Source of the DNA: Octopus vulgaris
Taxonomy: Eukaryota
Reading direction: 5' to 3'
Assembly (NCBI GenBank): GCA_951406725.2
Contig: OX597815.1
Location: forward strand, 108,314,001-108,378,000
Length of the DNA: 64,000 nt
Part shown: positions 12,858 to 23,639 of the stretch, piece after piece
Layout: the number at the start of each line of letters is the position of its first letter
How positions within the stretch are numbered: the first letter of the stretch is position 1
The notes under the pieces: generated by a model
Database searches by the model: none
What the model was told of the DNA's origin: nothing
What the model saw: only the letters and a program-made list of their open reading frames with translations
Position numbers and translations under genes: made by a program

Positions 12858-13720
12858 ATGGCACACAGTATACAATATCGTGAGGTTGTTGATTGAAGAT
12901 ATTTTGTCTACCGGGATTTTGTACTGCTTGTCAAGTCACAACAAGGAACTCAGACAGACAATATTTTATGCAATATGTGTGCAGTTCTAAGTAATGCCAA
13001 CTTTTGCAAAACATCTAGATTGTAGGGTATTTCTAATGTTTTCAGATGTTTTATCAGATTGAGTGGTATTGAACCCAATGCTCTGATGACAATAGGGATA
13101 ACCTTTATGTTTGACTGTTGTAGCTGCCACATCTTAGCGATCTCAATACTCAGGTCTCCATATTAATAATTTTCTCTTTCTTTCATGATGATATGCTGAT
13201 CTCTTAGCACTGCCACATCAATTATTAGGCACTCTTGTTTGTCTCTCCTAAAGGTTACTATATCTGGCCTTCGGTGCTCTAACACCTTGTCTGTCTGGAA
13301 ATCAAAGTCCTAGAGGGGTTTTGCCTTCCCTTTTCATTCATTACCTTTTCTGGTGTATGCTGGCACCAAGCACCTGTAACTTCATATTCATACTAAGGGT
13401 ATAGTAGCCAGTGGAGATTTTGAGCTACCTTGTCATGTCTATGCTCGTACTTTTTGTGTGCAACACTTTCACAAGCATTAACAATGTTAGTCATGCTTTG
13501 ACCCTCTTCCCATACATTCTGCAGAAGTCTGATGCACTCGTGTGATATATATATTCTTTTTTCTCTGAGCTGGTATTCAATGCCTGGACTTGGCAGCGAT
13601 GATTAGGCTTTCAGTCTTCTTTTTTAGGTCACCTTGTTGAGCTACCCCAATGATGCTTCTTGTTTTTTTTTAATTTGTTAGTTTCATAGTGGAAGTGACC
13701 ATGTCATTTCATATAAAGTA
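12858..13720 (-). mobile_element. RLE-type non-LTR fragment with decayed CCHC knuckle
   Basis: Minus strand reads CRMY...NIVNACE...YEHRHDKVAQ, DFQTDKVLEHRRPDI and VIPIVIRALG. Ends in (TAA)n. Confidence 0.8.
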
Positions 13721-13774
13721 GGGTTTCTTCTCTCACATTGGCTGTTCTTGATCGAAATTCATGTTCACTCTCAC

Positions 13775-13942
13775 GTAGCAGTATTTTGCCCATTACTACA
13801 TTCTGAGTTCAAATTCTGTTGAGGTCAACTTTGACTTTCATCCTTACAGAGTTGATAAATTAAGTACCAGTTTTGCACTGGGGTTGATGTAATCGACTTA
13901 CCCTGCCAAAAAATTTCAGGCCTTGTGCCTATAGTAGAAAGG

Positions 13943-13943
<1 letters not shown>
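13775..13943 (+). mobile_element. SINE family B fragment
   Basis: TTCTGAGTTCAAATTCTG...TTTCATCC...GATAAATTAAGTACCAG. Confidence 0.65.
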
Positions 13944-13977
<34 letters not shown>

Positions 13978-14005
13978 TATTATTATTATTACTATTATTA
14001 CTATT

Positions 14006-14200
14006 ACGTGCGGGTGGCACGTAAAAAGCACCCACTACACTCACGGAGTGGTTGGCGTTAGGAAGGGCATCCAGCCGTAGAAACACTGCCAGATTTGACT
14101 GGGCCTGATGAAGCCTTCTGGCTTCACAGACCCCAGCAGAACCGTCCAACCCATGCTAGCATGGAAAACGGACGCTAAATGATGATGATGATGATGATGA
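14006..14200 (+). mobile_element. RTE 3' UTR/tail with (GAT)n
   Basis: GGTGGCACGTAAAAAGCACCCACTACAC...TTAGGAAGGGCATCCAGCCGTAGAAAC...GGACGCTAAA(TGA)n, the same tail as on the RTE coding copies. Confidence 0.85.
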
Positions 14201-14638
14201 TTAATCTGGATCTGTCTATTTTATTTTTGAAACAAATGAACTATTTATTTCCTCCAATGAATGGATGTGTGATAATATCTATGACCAGCCTTGTCTGGTA
14301 TGTTAAGGTTTGGACATTGTGTCTGTTTTCAGTCCAGTATGTCCAATTAAAACCAAAATCAACTATATATTCAAAATTATCTAGAGAATGTTCACTTTAA
14401 GACAGCAATTAAATTTAGATTGATATTTCCAAAATCAAAAGCTCTGTATAAAAACCATCCTGTAGAAGACTGTAATTTAGGCTCATTAATTATATGTTAC
14501 TATTGATTTTCATTTCAAGTCACAACAGAATAATAGAAAGATCATTACTTTGAATTACGATATAAACTACAATTGTATTGCAGAAATCACATTAGGATCA
14601 AAATTGCTAGAATATTTCTGGAAAGTCACCCCCCCCAA

Positions 14639-14670
<32 letters not shown>

Positions 14671-14793
14671 AAACTTACTTGGAGAAAAGAAAAGAAATGA
14701 AACGAAACGACGCGAGGGCGCTCAGTCATACAATAATTTAATAAATAAAATATATGCATACATACATACATATATGTACGTGCCTACATCTAC

Positions 14794-14863
<70 letters not shown>

Positions 14864-14988
14864 GAGTACAGGACACCACAAATAGACATAGAACTCAACA
14901 AGAAATGAAAACATAAAAACAAACATGGAAACGGACTTTTTTTAACAACGAAACAACAGAGTACAAGACAAACAATACAAGGAATATT

Positions 14989-15064
14989 CCCCTTCATCAG
15001 CTGTCCCTGGTTCGACTCCATGCGTGTTTCGAAGGTAAGGACAGAACACGACCCGTCGAACCAG
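14989..15064 (-). ncRNA. Putative permuted hammerhead ribozyme, copy 1
   Basis: Minus strand: CUGGUUCGAC-GGGU-CGUG-UU-CUGUCC-UUAC-CUUC-GAAA-CACG-CAUGGA-GUCGAACCAG-GGACAG-CUGAUGA-A-GGGG. All three stems can pair by eye. Confidence 0.5.
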
Positions 15065-15753
15065 TCCTTCCTGCAAAAGAATTAAATAAAATTCCTTTGC
15101 AGAGTGGTAAAAACAAGGAAAGAAAAAAAATGTGACAAGAACAGGACGTAAAAGCAATACAACTAAATATACAAATACAAAAAAATACAGTACACATGAA
15201 GAATAAAAACAGGACAAGGAAACCAACATTGAGGGCCTTTTTTAAGCCTAGACAATGGAAAAATTCAGGGCGCAAGAAAAAAGTTGTGTTGACTTGTAGA
15301 AGGCAGCGAGTGAAAGGAAGTTGGTCGACTTGGCAGTGAGAGAGATGAGGAGGAGTGAGAGAGAGAGATAGAGAGGAAAGGAAACCAGAAAGGGTGAAAA
15401 ATAAGAAGGAGAGAGACTGGCAAAGAGGAAGACAGACAGGAAGGAAGGAAAGGTCAAGCAAAGGGTTACAGAGTTTCGCGTCATAATTTTAAAAGAAAAG
15501 AAATGAAACGACGCGAGGGCGCTCAGTCATACAATAATTTAATAAATAAAATATATGCATACATACATATATGTACGTACCTACATCTACATGTATATAT
15601 ACATGCATATATATATATATATATATGTGAGTACAGGACACCACAAATAGACGTAGAACTCAACAAGAAACGAAAACATAAAAACAAAGATGGAAACGGA
15701 CTTTTTTTAACAACGGAAAAACAGAGTACAAGACAAACAATACAAGGAATATT

Positions 15754-15829
15754 CCCCTTCATCAGCTGTCCCTGGTTCGACTCCATGCGTGTTTCGAAGG
15801 TAAGGACAGAACACGACCCGTCGAACCAG
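15754..15829 (-). ncRNA. Putative permuted hammerhead ribozyme, copy 2
   Basis: Identical to copy 1, in the second tandem unit. Confidence 0.5.
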
Positions 15830-15946
15830 TCCTTTCTGCAAAAGAATTAAATAAAATTCCTTTGCAGAGTGGTAAAAACAAGGAAAGAAAAAAAATGTGA
15901 CAAGAACAAGACGTAAAAGCAATACAAATAAAAATACAAATTGAAG

Positions 15947-15988
<42 letters not shown>

Positions 15989-16608
15989 CTTCAATTATTA
16001 TTTTAGTTTTTCAATTTTCAAAAGATATATTGTCTATTTTTATTATGGTCAAGGAATGAATTTAATCATGGGCAAATTCTGAAACCAAATGTAAAGAGGA
16101 TAGCATGTGAGCATAAACACAAAGTTATGGGGTTCTTTTACTCATGTCAAGGATAGAGCTGCTTCTTTATCTCAGGCGCCATGAAACATATGCCAGTGAA
16201 ATATATGTAAAGTAATTGATGTTAGAAAGGGTGTCCATTGTGCAAGCTAAGCAAAAAAAAAAAAGAAGAAATGTAAATAACACAGGGTCCCCCAAATCAT
16301 CGGGGTCGAAGCAATATCTCCAAATATATGCAGACCCTGACTTCTGGAACCCTTTCAAGGACCTATTGCTAGCATGACAAACAGGTGTAAAATAATAATG
16401 GTGATGATGACGACGATGACCATAATGATGATAATTAACAATGAGTATGCAGGATTTATGAAATAATAGAATATTATTAAGAGTCAGCAGTCACCTCTTA
16501 AATTTGCATATCATGCACCATTATTCAGCTAAAGACTTTTCTTTTACATTATTAAAGCATAGAATTCACAGAACACCTATAGATAGGGAATTATATCAAA
16601 CATGTATG

Positions 16609-16677
<69 letters not shown>

Positions 16678-16883
16678 ATTATATATATATCATCTACATA
16701 TATATATATAATATATAATTATATATATATATCACGTGATCACGTGACCGACCAGACCATCAGATATTGTTACACATCGCTGGTCACAATGCGTTTGCAT
16801 CGTTTTAGCCTTCAAATGATGCCACCCCACTGGCTAAGCGAGCAGGCCATATATATATATATATAATTTCAAAACCTCTAAAA

Positions 16884-16944
<61 letters not shown>

Positions 16945-16947
<3 letters not shown>

Positions 16948-17295
16948 TCATCATCATCATCATCGTTTAACGTCCGTTTTCCGCGCTAGCACGGGTTGGA
17001 CGGTTCGACCGGGGTCTGGGAAGCCAGGGGCCGCTCCAGGCTCCAGTCTGATTCTGGCAGAGTTTCTACGGCTGGATGCCCTTCCTAACGCCAACCACTC
17101 CGTGAGTGGATTGGGTGCTTTTTACGTGCCACCTGCACAGGGGCCGGGGTCCGGCATCGGTCACGATCGGTTCGAGCTTTAACGTGCCAGGGACACGGGG
17201 GCAACGGGATGCGGGGTACGGGGGGTCCGGCATCGGTCACGATCGGTTCGAGCTTTAACGTGCCAGGGACACGGGGGCAACGGGATGCGGGGTAG
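16945..17295 (-). mobile_element. Young (CpG-rich) RTE-type 3' tail with (GAT)n and an internal ~76-bp duplication
   Basis: (CAT)n-CGTTTAACGTCCGTTTTCCGCGCTAGCACGGG...GGATGCCCTTCCTAACGCCAACC. The duplicated block starts at 17146 and 17222. Confidence 0.8.
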
Positions 17296-17779
17296 AGTTG
17301 AGTTGGGGGGGGGTCCAGCTGAGAAAGGTTTCACCAGTGAAAAGAGAGGGAGAGATAGTAAAGGGGTGCAGGTAATATAGGGGAGCACCAGTGGGGAAGG
17401 TTGGGGGAGGAGGAACGATGGCAGGAAGGGTTGGTGAAGGTTCGTAAGAAATATAAACGTAGGATGTGTATATATATATATGGGTAGGTGTGGGGAAGGT
17501 TGGGTGGGTAAGGAGGAACGATGGCAGGAAGGGTTGGTGCAGGTTCGTAAGAAATAAAAACGTAGGATATTACGAGGCATGGAGGGGACTGGAAGGAGAT
17601 AGTAGGATTGAGGCAGTGTCAGATTCAAAACAGGAGGAAGCGTAAGATCAGAGGGCGGTTGATGAGCTGAGACGCTAGCAGCTTCTCTTTTCTCAGTGAA
17701 AGCATATGAGGAGAAGGGGTAGGAAGGGGTGGTGGGGGAGGAGGAGGGAGTATCCGGTGTAGATGGTGAGAACAGTGTT

Positions 17780-18112
17780 CACCGGTATTGGTGGTATTGG
17801 CGGGGGAGGGGGTGGTATTGGTGGTGGTGGGGGGGTATTGGTGGTGGGGGTGGTATTGGTGGTGGGGGTGGTATTGGTGGTGGGGGTGGTATTGGTGGTG
17901 GGGGTGGGAGGGGTGGTATTGGTGGTGGGGGTGGGAGGAGGGTGGTATTGGTGGAGGGGGGTGGGAGGGTGGTGGTGGGGGTGGGAGGGGTGGGTGGTAT
18001 TGGTGGTGGGGGTGGGAGGGTGGTATTGGTGGTGGGAGGGTGGTATTGGTGGTGGGAGGGTGGTATTGGTGGTGGGAGGGTGGTATTGGTGGTGGGGGTG
18101 GGAGGGCGGGCG
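17780..18112 (+). repeat. G-rich minisatellite (GGTGGTATTGGTGGTGGG[A/G]G)n
   Basis: Directly visible ~18-20-bp units with strong strand skew. Confidence 0.9.
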
Positions 18113-18566
18113 CACCGCGCAATGGGAGAAGATGAGATTTTTAGGCGGCAGAAAGAAAGACAGGATTTGAGATGGAATGCTTTGCGATCGTGTGCATAAG
18201 TTTCTATGAGTGGAAGTTGGGAAAAGATGGGTTAGAGAATTTAGCGACAGAAAGAAAGACCAAATTTGAGACGAGATGTTTTTGCGAAGTTTTTGTGAAC
18301 GAAAGTTTATATGCTTCAGCTAGCATTTGAGACGAAAGACAACGATAACGCCAATATATGGGGAAACAATAATAATAAGAAGGCTTGATGGTGATGATGA
18401 TACTTGCAAAAACAATGAAAAGAAGGAACAGGACTTAGCTGATATTTTTCATCCTGCGTATTGGCTAAGCCTGTGGAAGCGAGTGAAGGCGAGATATATA
18501 TACAGAGAGAGAGAGAGACAGTGATAACAGAGGGAGAAAACCGACACCACATAGCGAGAGAGAGAG

Positions 18567-18603
<37 letters not shown>

Positions 18604-19078
18604 GTGATAACAGAGGGACAAAACGACACCGCGCAATGGGAGAAGATGAGATTTTTAGGCGGCAGAAAGAAAGACAGGATTTGAGATGGAATGCTTTGCG
18701 GTCGTGTGCATAAGTTTCTATGAGTGGAAGTTGGGAAAAGATGGGTTAGAGAATTTAGCGACAGAAAGAAAGACCAAATTTGAGACGAGATGTTTTTGCG
18801 AAGTTTTTGTGAATGAAAGTTTATATGCTTCAGCTAGCATTTGAGACGAAAGACAACGATAACGCCAATATATGGGGAAACAATAATAATAAGAAGGCTT
18901 GATGGTGATGATGATACTTGCAAAAACAATGAAAAGAAGGAACAGGACTTAGCTGGTATTTTTCATCCTGCGTATTGGCTAAGCCTGTGGAAGCGAGTGA
19001 AGGCGAGATATATATACAGAGAGAGAGAGAGACAGTGATAACAGAGGGAGAAAACCGACACCACATAGCGAGAGAGAG

Positions 19079-19121
<43 letters not shown>

Positions 19122-19598
19122 GTGATAACAGAGGGACAAAACGACACCGCGCAATGGGAGAAGATGAGATTTTTAGGCGGCAGAAAGAAAGACAGGATTT
19201 GAGATGGAATGCTTTGCGGTCGTGTGCATAAGTTTCTATGAGTGGAAGTTGGGAAAAGATGGGTTAGAGAATTTAGCGACAGAAAGAAAGACCAAATTTG
19301 AGACGAGATGTTTTTGCGAAGTTTTTGTGAATGAAAGTTTATATGCTTCAGCTAGCATTTGAGACGAAAGACAACGATAACGCCAATATATGGGGAAACA
19401 ATAATAATAAGAAGGCTTGATGGTGATGATGATACTTGCAAAAACAATGAAAAGAAGGAACAGGACTTAGCTGATATTTTTCATCCTGCGTATTGGCTAA
19501 GCCTGTGGAAGCGAGTGAAGGCGAGATATATATACAGAGAGAGAGAGAGACAGTGATAACAGAGGGAGAAAACCGACACCACATAGCGAGAGAGAGAG

Positions 19599-19637
<39 letters not shown>

Positions 19638-20117
19638 GTGATAACAGAGGGACAAAACGACACCGCGCAATGGGAGAAGATGAGATTTTTAGGCGGCAGA
19701 AAGAAAGACAGGATTTGAGATGGAATGCTTTGCGGTCGTGTGCATAAGTTTCTATGAGTGGAAGTTGGGAAAAGATGGGTTAGAGAATTTAGCGACAGAA
19801 AGAAAGACCAAATTTGAGACGAGATGTTTTTGCGAAGTTTTTGTGAATGAAAGTTTATATGCTTCAGCTAGCATTTGAGACGAAAGACAACGATAACGCC
19901 AATATATGGGGAAACAATAATAATAAGAAGGCTTGATGGTGATGATGATACTTGCAAAAACAATGAAAAGAAGGAACAGGACTTAGCTGATATTTTTCAT
20001 CCTGCGTATTGGCTAAGCCTGTGGAAGCGAGTGAAGGCGAGATATATATACAGAGAGAGAGAGAGACAGTGATAACAGAGGGAGAAACCGACACCACATA
20101 GCGAGAGAGAGAGAGAG

Positions 20118-20154
<37 letters not shown>

Positions 20155-20631
20155 GTGATAACAGAGGGACAAAACGACACCGCGCAATGGGAGAAGATGA
20201 GATTTTTAGGCGGCAGAAAGAAAGACAGGATTTGAGATGGAATGCTTTGCGATAGTGTGCATAAGTTTCTATGAGTGGAAGTTGGGAAAAGATGGGTTAG
20301 AGAATTCAGCGACAGAAAGAAAGACCAAATTTGAGACGAGATGTTTTTGCGAAGTTTTTGTGAATGAAAGTTTATATGCTTCAGCTAGCATTTGAGACGA
20401 AAGACAACGATAACGCCAATATATGGGGAAACAATAATAATAAGAAGGCTTGATGGTGATGATGATACTTGCAAAAACAATGAAAAGAAGGAACAGGACT
20501 TAGCTGATATTTTTCATCCTGCGTATTGGCTAAGCCTGTGGAAGCGAGTGAAGGCGAGATATATATACAGAGAGAGAGAGAGACAGTGATAACAGAGGGA
20601 GAAAACCGACACCACATAGCGAGAGAGAGAG

Positions 20632-20670
<39 letters not shown>

Positions 20671-20759
20671 GTGATAACAGAGGGACAAAACGACACCGCG
20701 CAATGGGAGAAGATGAGATTTTTAGGCGGCAGAAAGAAAGACAGGATTTGAGATGGAAT
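18113..20759. repeat. Tandem array of ~516-bp units (5 full units plus a short partial)
   Basis: Unit start CACCGCGCAATGGGAG at 18113, 18627, 19145, 19661, 20178 and 20694. Length differences lie mainly in an internal (GA)n. Confidence 0.95.
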
Positions 20760-20926
20760 ATATACATATATATAGAAAAAATTGTAAGTTAGAGGTTAAG
20801 CAACTGTCTACGGGATAAATGAATCCATAAGCACTACTGGTGTTTTACCTCACGATGTATAGGCTTTGCTATAACGTTGACAGTAGTTGGTAATTTAAGT
20901 GATAAACGATGGTTTGATATATTCAG

Positions 20927-21550
20927 ATAAGAAAAGAAATGGAACAATAATTAACAATTAGAGGTTGATCATTGGTATTAAAAGGTCATAGTTTAATTGT
21001 AGTTAAAAAACATTTACAGCTGTTTCAGTTTGTTATTTTTGATGTAACTTAGCATTTATCTCATTCCATTTAATCAATATTATCAGAATGATTTATAGTT
21101 TATCAGAGCAATATAGGCTGGAGGAAGAAGAAAAGGAAAAGAAAAGGGAAAAAGGAAAAAGCAGAAAAGGAAAAAAGTTTGTTAAGTCTTTAGGCTTACA
21201 TTTTTGTGTCCTTTAAGGTTCAACATGTGTGTACATTTCTTCAATTAGATGTTCCATTCATCTAATTGAAGAAATGTCTACACACATCGAACCTTAAAGG
21301 ACACAAAAATGTAAGCCTAAAGACTTAACAAACTTTTTTCCTTTTCCTTTTTCTCCTGTCTATATTGCTCCCATAAACTATAAATTATTCTGATGGTGTT
21401 TGTTAAATGGAATGAGATAAATGCAAATTTACTTCAAAAATAACAAACTGAAACAGCTGTAAATGTTTTTTTAACTACAATTAAACTATGATCTTTTAAT
21501 ACCAATGATCAACTTCTAATTGTTAATTGTTGCTCCATTTCTTTTCTTAT
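20927..21550. repeat. ~624-bp imperfect palindrome with 7-nt spacer, each arm with a decayed type I hammerhead (Penelope-like)
   Basis: Centre TCAATTAGATG-TTCCATT-CATCTAATTGA at 21241-21269. The arms match out to ATAAGAAAAG/CTTTTCTTAT. Confidence 0.85.
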
Positions 21551-21559
21551 GACGCATGG

Positions 21560-22485
21560 GTAGGAACAGCCATGCTACATGGCAGTGAAACATGGAATGA
21601 CTGCTGAGGACATGCATAAGCTCACAAGGAATGAAGCTAGTATGATCTGATGGATGTGTAAAGTTAGTGTGCATACTCAATAGAGTGTAAGTACCTTGAG
21701 TGAAAAGCTGGACCTAAGAAGCATCAGATGTGGTATGCAAGAAAGACGACTGCACTGGTATGGTCATGTTGCAAGAATGTATGAGGATAGCTCTGTGAAA
21801 AAGTGCCACACCCTAACGGTTGAGGGAACCTGTGGAAGAGGTAGACTCAGGAAGATCTGGGATGAAATGGTGAAGCACGACCTTTGAACATTAGGCCTCA
21901 CTGAGGAAATGACTAATGACCGAGACTTTGGAAATATGCTGTGCCTGAGAAGACCCGGCAAGCCAAATGACATCATAACCTTGTAGCCTATGCCAGGGGT
22001 GTAACCAGCCCACTTATGCGTACCTTTCCTTCATTGGACACTAACTCTGCTTGCAAAGACCTGTTGAGGCAAGTGAAATTGAAATCAAATTCGATGATTG
22101 GCATCCGTGCTAGTGGGGTGCTAAGAACATCATCCGAACATGATTGTTGCTAGAGTGGCTAACTAGCTTCTGTACCAGTGGCATGTAAAAGATACCATTC
22201 AAGCATGATCGTTACCAGCGTCACCTTACTGGCACATGAAAAAACGTTTGAGTGAGGTCGTTGCCAGTACTGCCTGACTGGCCCCCATGCTGGTGGCACG
22301 TAAAAGCACCCACTACAGTCTTGGAGTGGTTGGCATTAGGAAGGGCATCCAGCTGTAGAAACTCTGCCAGATCAAGATTGGAGCCTGGTGCAGCCATCTG
22401 GTTCGCCAGTCCTCAGTCAAATCATCTAACCCATGCTAGCATGAAAAGTGGACGTTAAACGATGATGATGATGATGATGATGATA
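21560..22485 (+). mobile_element. RTE LINE 3' end (C-terminal coding region, UTR, (GAT)n tail)
   Basis: ORF 21696-21887 has RRLHWYGHVARM...GRGRLRKIWDE. Shared tail. Confidence 0.85.
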
Positions 22486-23146
22486 TATAGTACTTTTAGA
22501 GGCTTTCCAATTGTGTTTTTGGCAGATGGTACATTTAGATGTAAGTCATTACAACTTTTATTTATACTGAGAAATGTATTTTAATGTAAATATTTTGTAT
22601 ATTTCCATAAATAAAGCAATGTAACCTTACCTGATCTAATCTATCATCATGGTTGTTTAAGTGAGGGAAGGTTAAGTCAGTTTATTTATGAAGACGAGCA
22701 AAATATGCATTCGCTATATCACTAGGCAGGTTTTCTCAGTAATTGTTTTTTCTGTAGTTTTACTTTTATATTTACCAATTTAAAGAAATATTGTTGCTAT
22801 TAGTATAGAGAACTTTATCTTCCTATAGAATTAAAGGAAAAATCCATTGCATGCAAATATGAAAGTTTAATTTAAAAACAAAAACTTTTTTTGTTTTTTA
22901 AAATAAAAAATATTTCAACATGGAATGTTACTACCTTTAATTTGCAGCTAAAGTGAGACAAAAAACAGTGAAATGGCTTTTACAGGGTTTATAATATATT
23001 TATTTGATGGTGGGGGGGATTGTACCTCTTATTGTTCAGTGAATTCTGAGTTTTGGTTTGGTAAAAAAAAATGTCATATGCTTAGCCTTACATAAACTTT
23101 TTTATCTAACCTTATAAACAGCCCCTTGTAGCAGGAAATTGAAATA

Positions 23147-23622
23147 GGTGCAGGTGTGGCTGTACTGTGTGGTAAGAAGTCTGCTTCCTAACCACATTGG
23201 TCTGGGTTCAATGTCACTGTGTGGAATCTTGGGCAAGTGTCTTCTACTATAGTCTAAGGCTGACCAAGGCTTTGTGAATAGATTTGGTCAATAGAAACTG
23301 AATGAAAGCCTGTTGTGCATGTATGTGTTTGCGTGTGTATGTGTGTGTGCATGTGTGTGCACATGTATGTGCACGTGCACATGTATGTGCACACGTGCAT
23401 ATTTATGTATATATTTGTGTCTATGTTTGTCCACCAGCATTGCTTGACAACTGATGTTACTTTCTTTGTGTCCCTGTAACTTAGCAGTTTAGCAAAAGAG
23501 ACCAATAGAATAAGTGCCAGGCTTAAAAGAAAATGAGTCAATCTGTTGGACAAGAATTCCTAAGAATTCCTCAGAGCAGTGTCCAAGAATGGCCACAGTC
23601 TAATGACTGAAATAAGTAAAAA
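23147..23622 (+). mobile_element. SINE family A, full length
   Basis: GGTAAGAAG..CTTCCTAACCAC..GGGTTCAA..TTGGGCAAGTGTCTTCTACTATAG, central microsatellite, tail ATGACTGAAATAAGTAAA. Confidence 0.75.
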
Positions 23623-23639
23623 ACAGCCTTATTAACAGC

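Larger units (their letters stand above)
14684..15950 (-). mobile_element. Partial tandem (~1.6 units, period ~801 bp) of a non-coding Penelope-like repeat carrying hammerhead core motifs
   Basis: GACGCGAGGGCGCTC at 14709 and 15510, with near-identical ~450-bp blocks. (TA)n lies at or near both ends. A diverged homologue lies on the plus strand at 38940-39890. Confidence 0.65.

Noticed and set aside
16731-16747. Tandem CACGTG E-boxes
   Set aside because: At the edge of a short repeat-like fragment between (TA)n tracts; no evidence for a promoter.
17179-18199. Pro/His/Gly-rich ORFs resembling cuticle or beak proteins
   Set aside because: Open in most frames on both strands because of the G-rich minisatellite. 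No credible start or splice context, and it lies inside a composite repeat.
18327-20589. Five copies of a 65-aa ORF (MRRKTT...)
   Set aside because: Starts at TTG, runs into (GA)n, and is simply part of the satellite unit.
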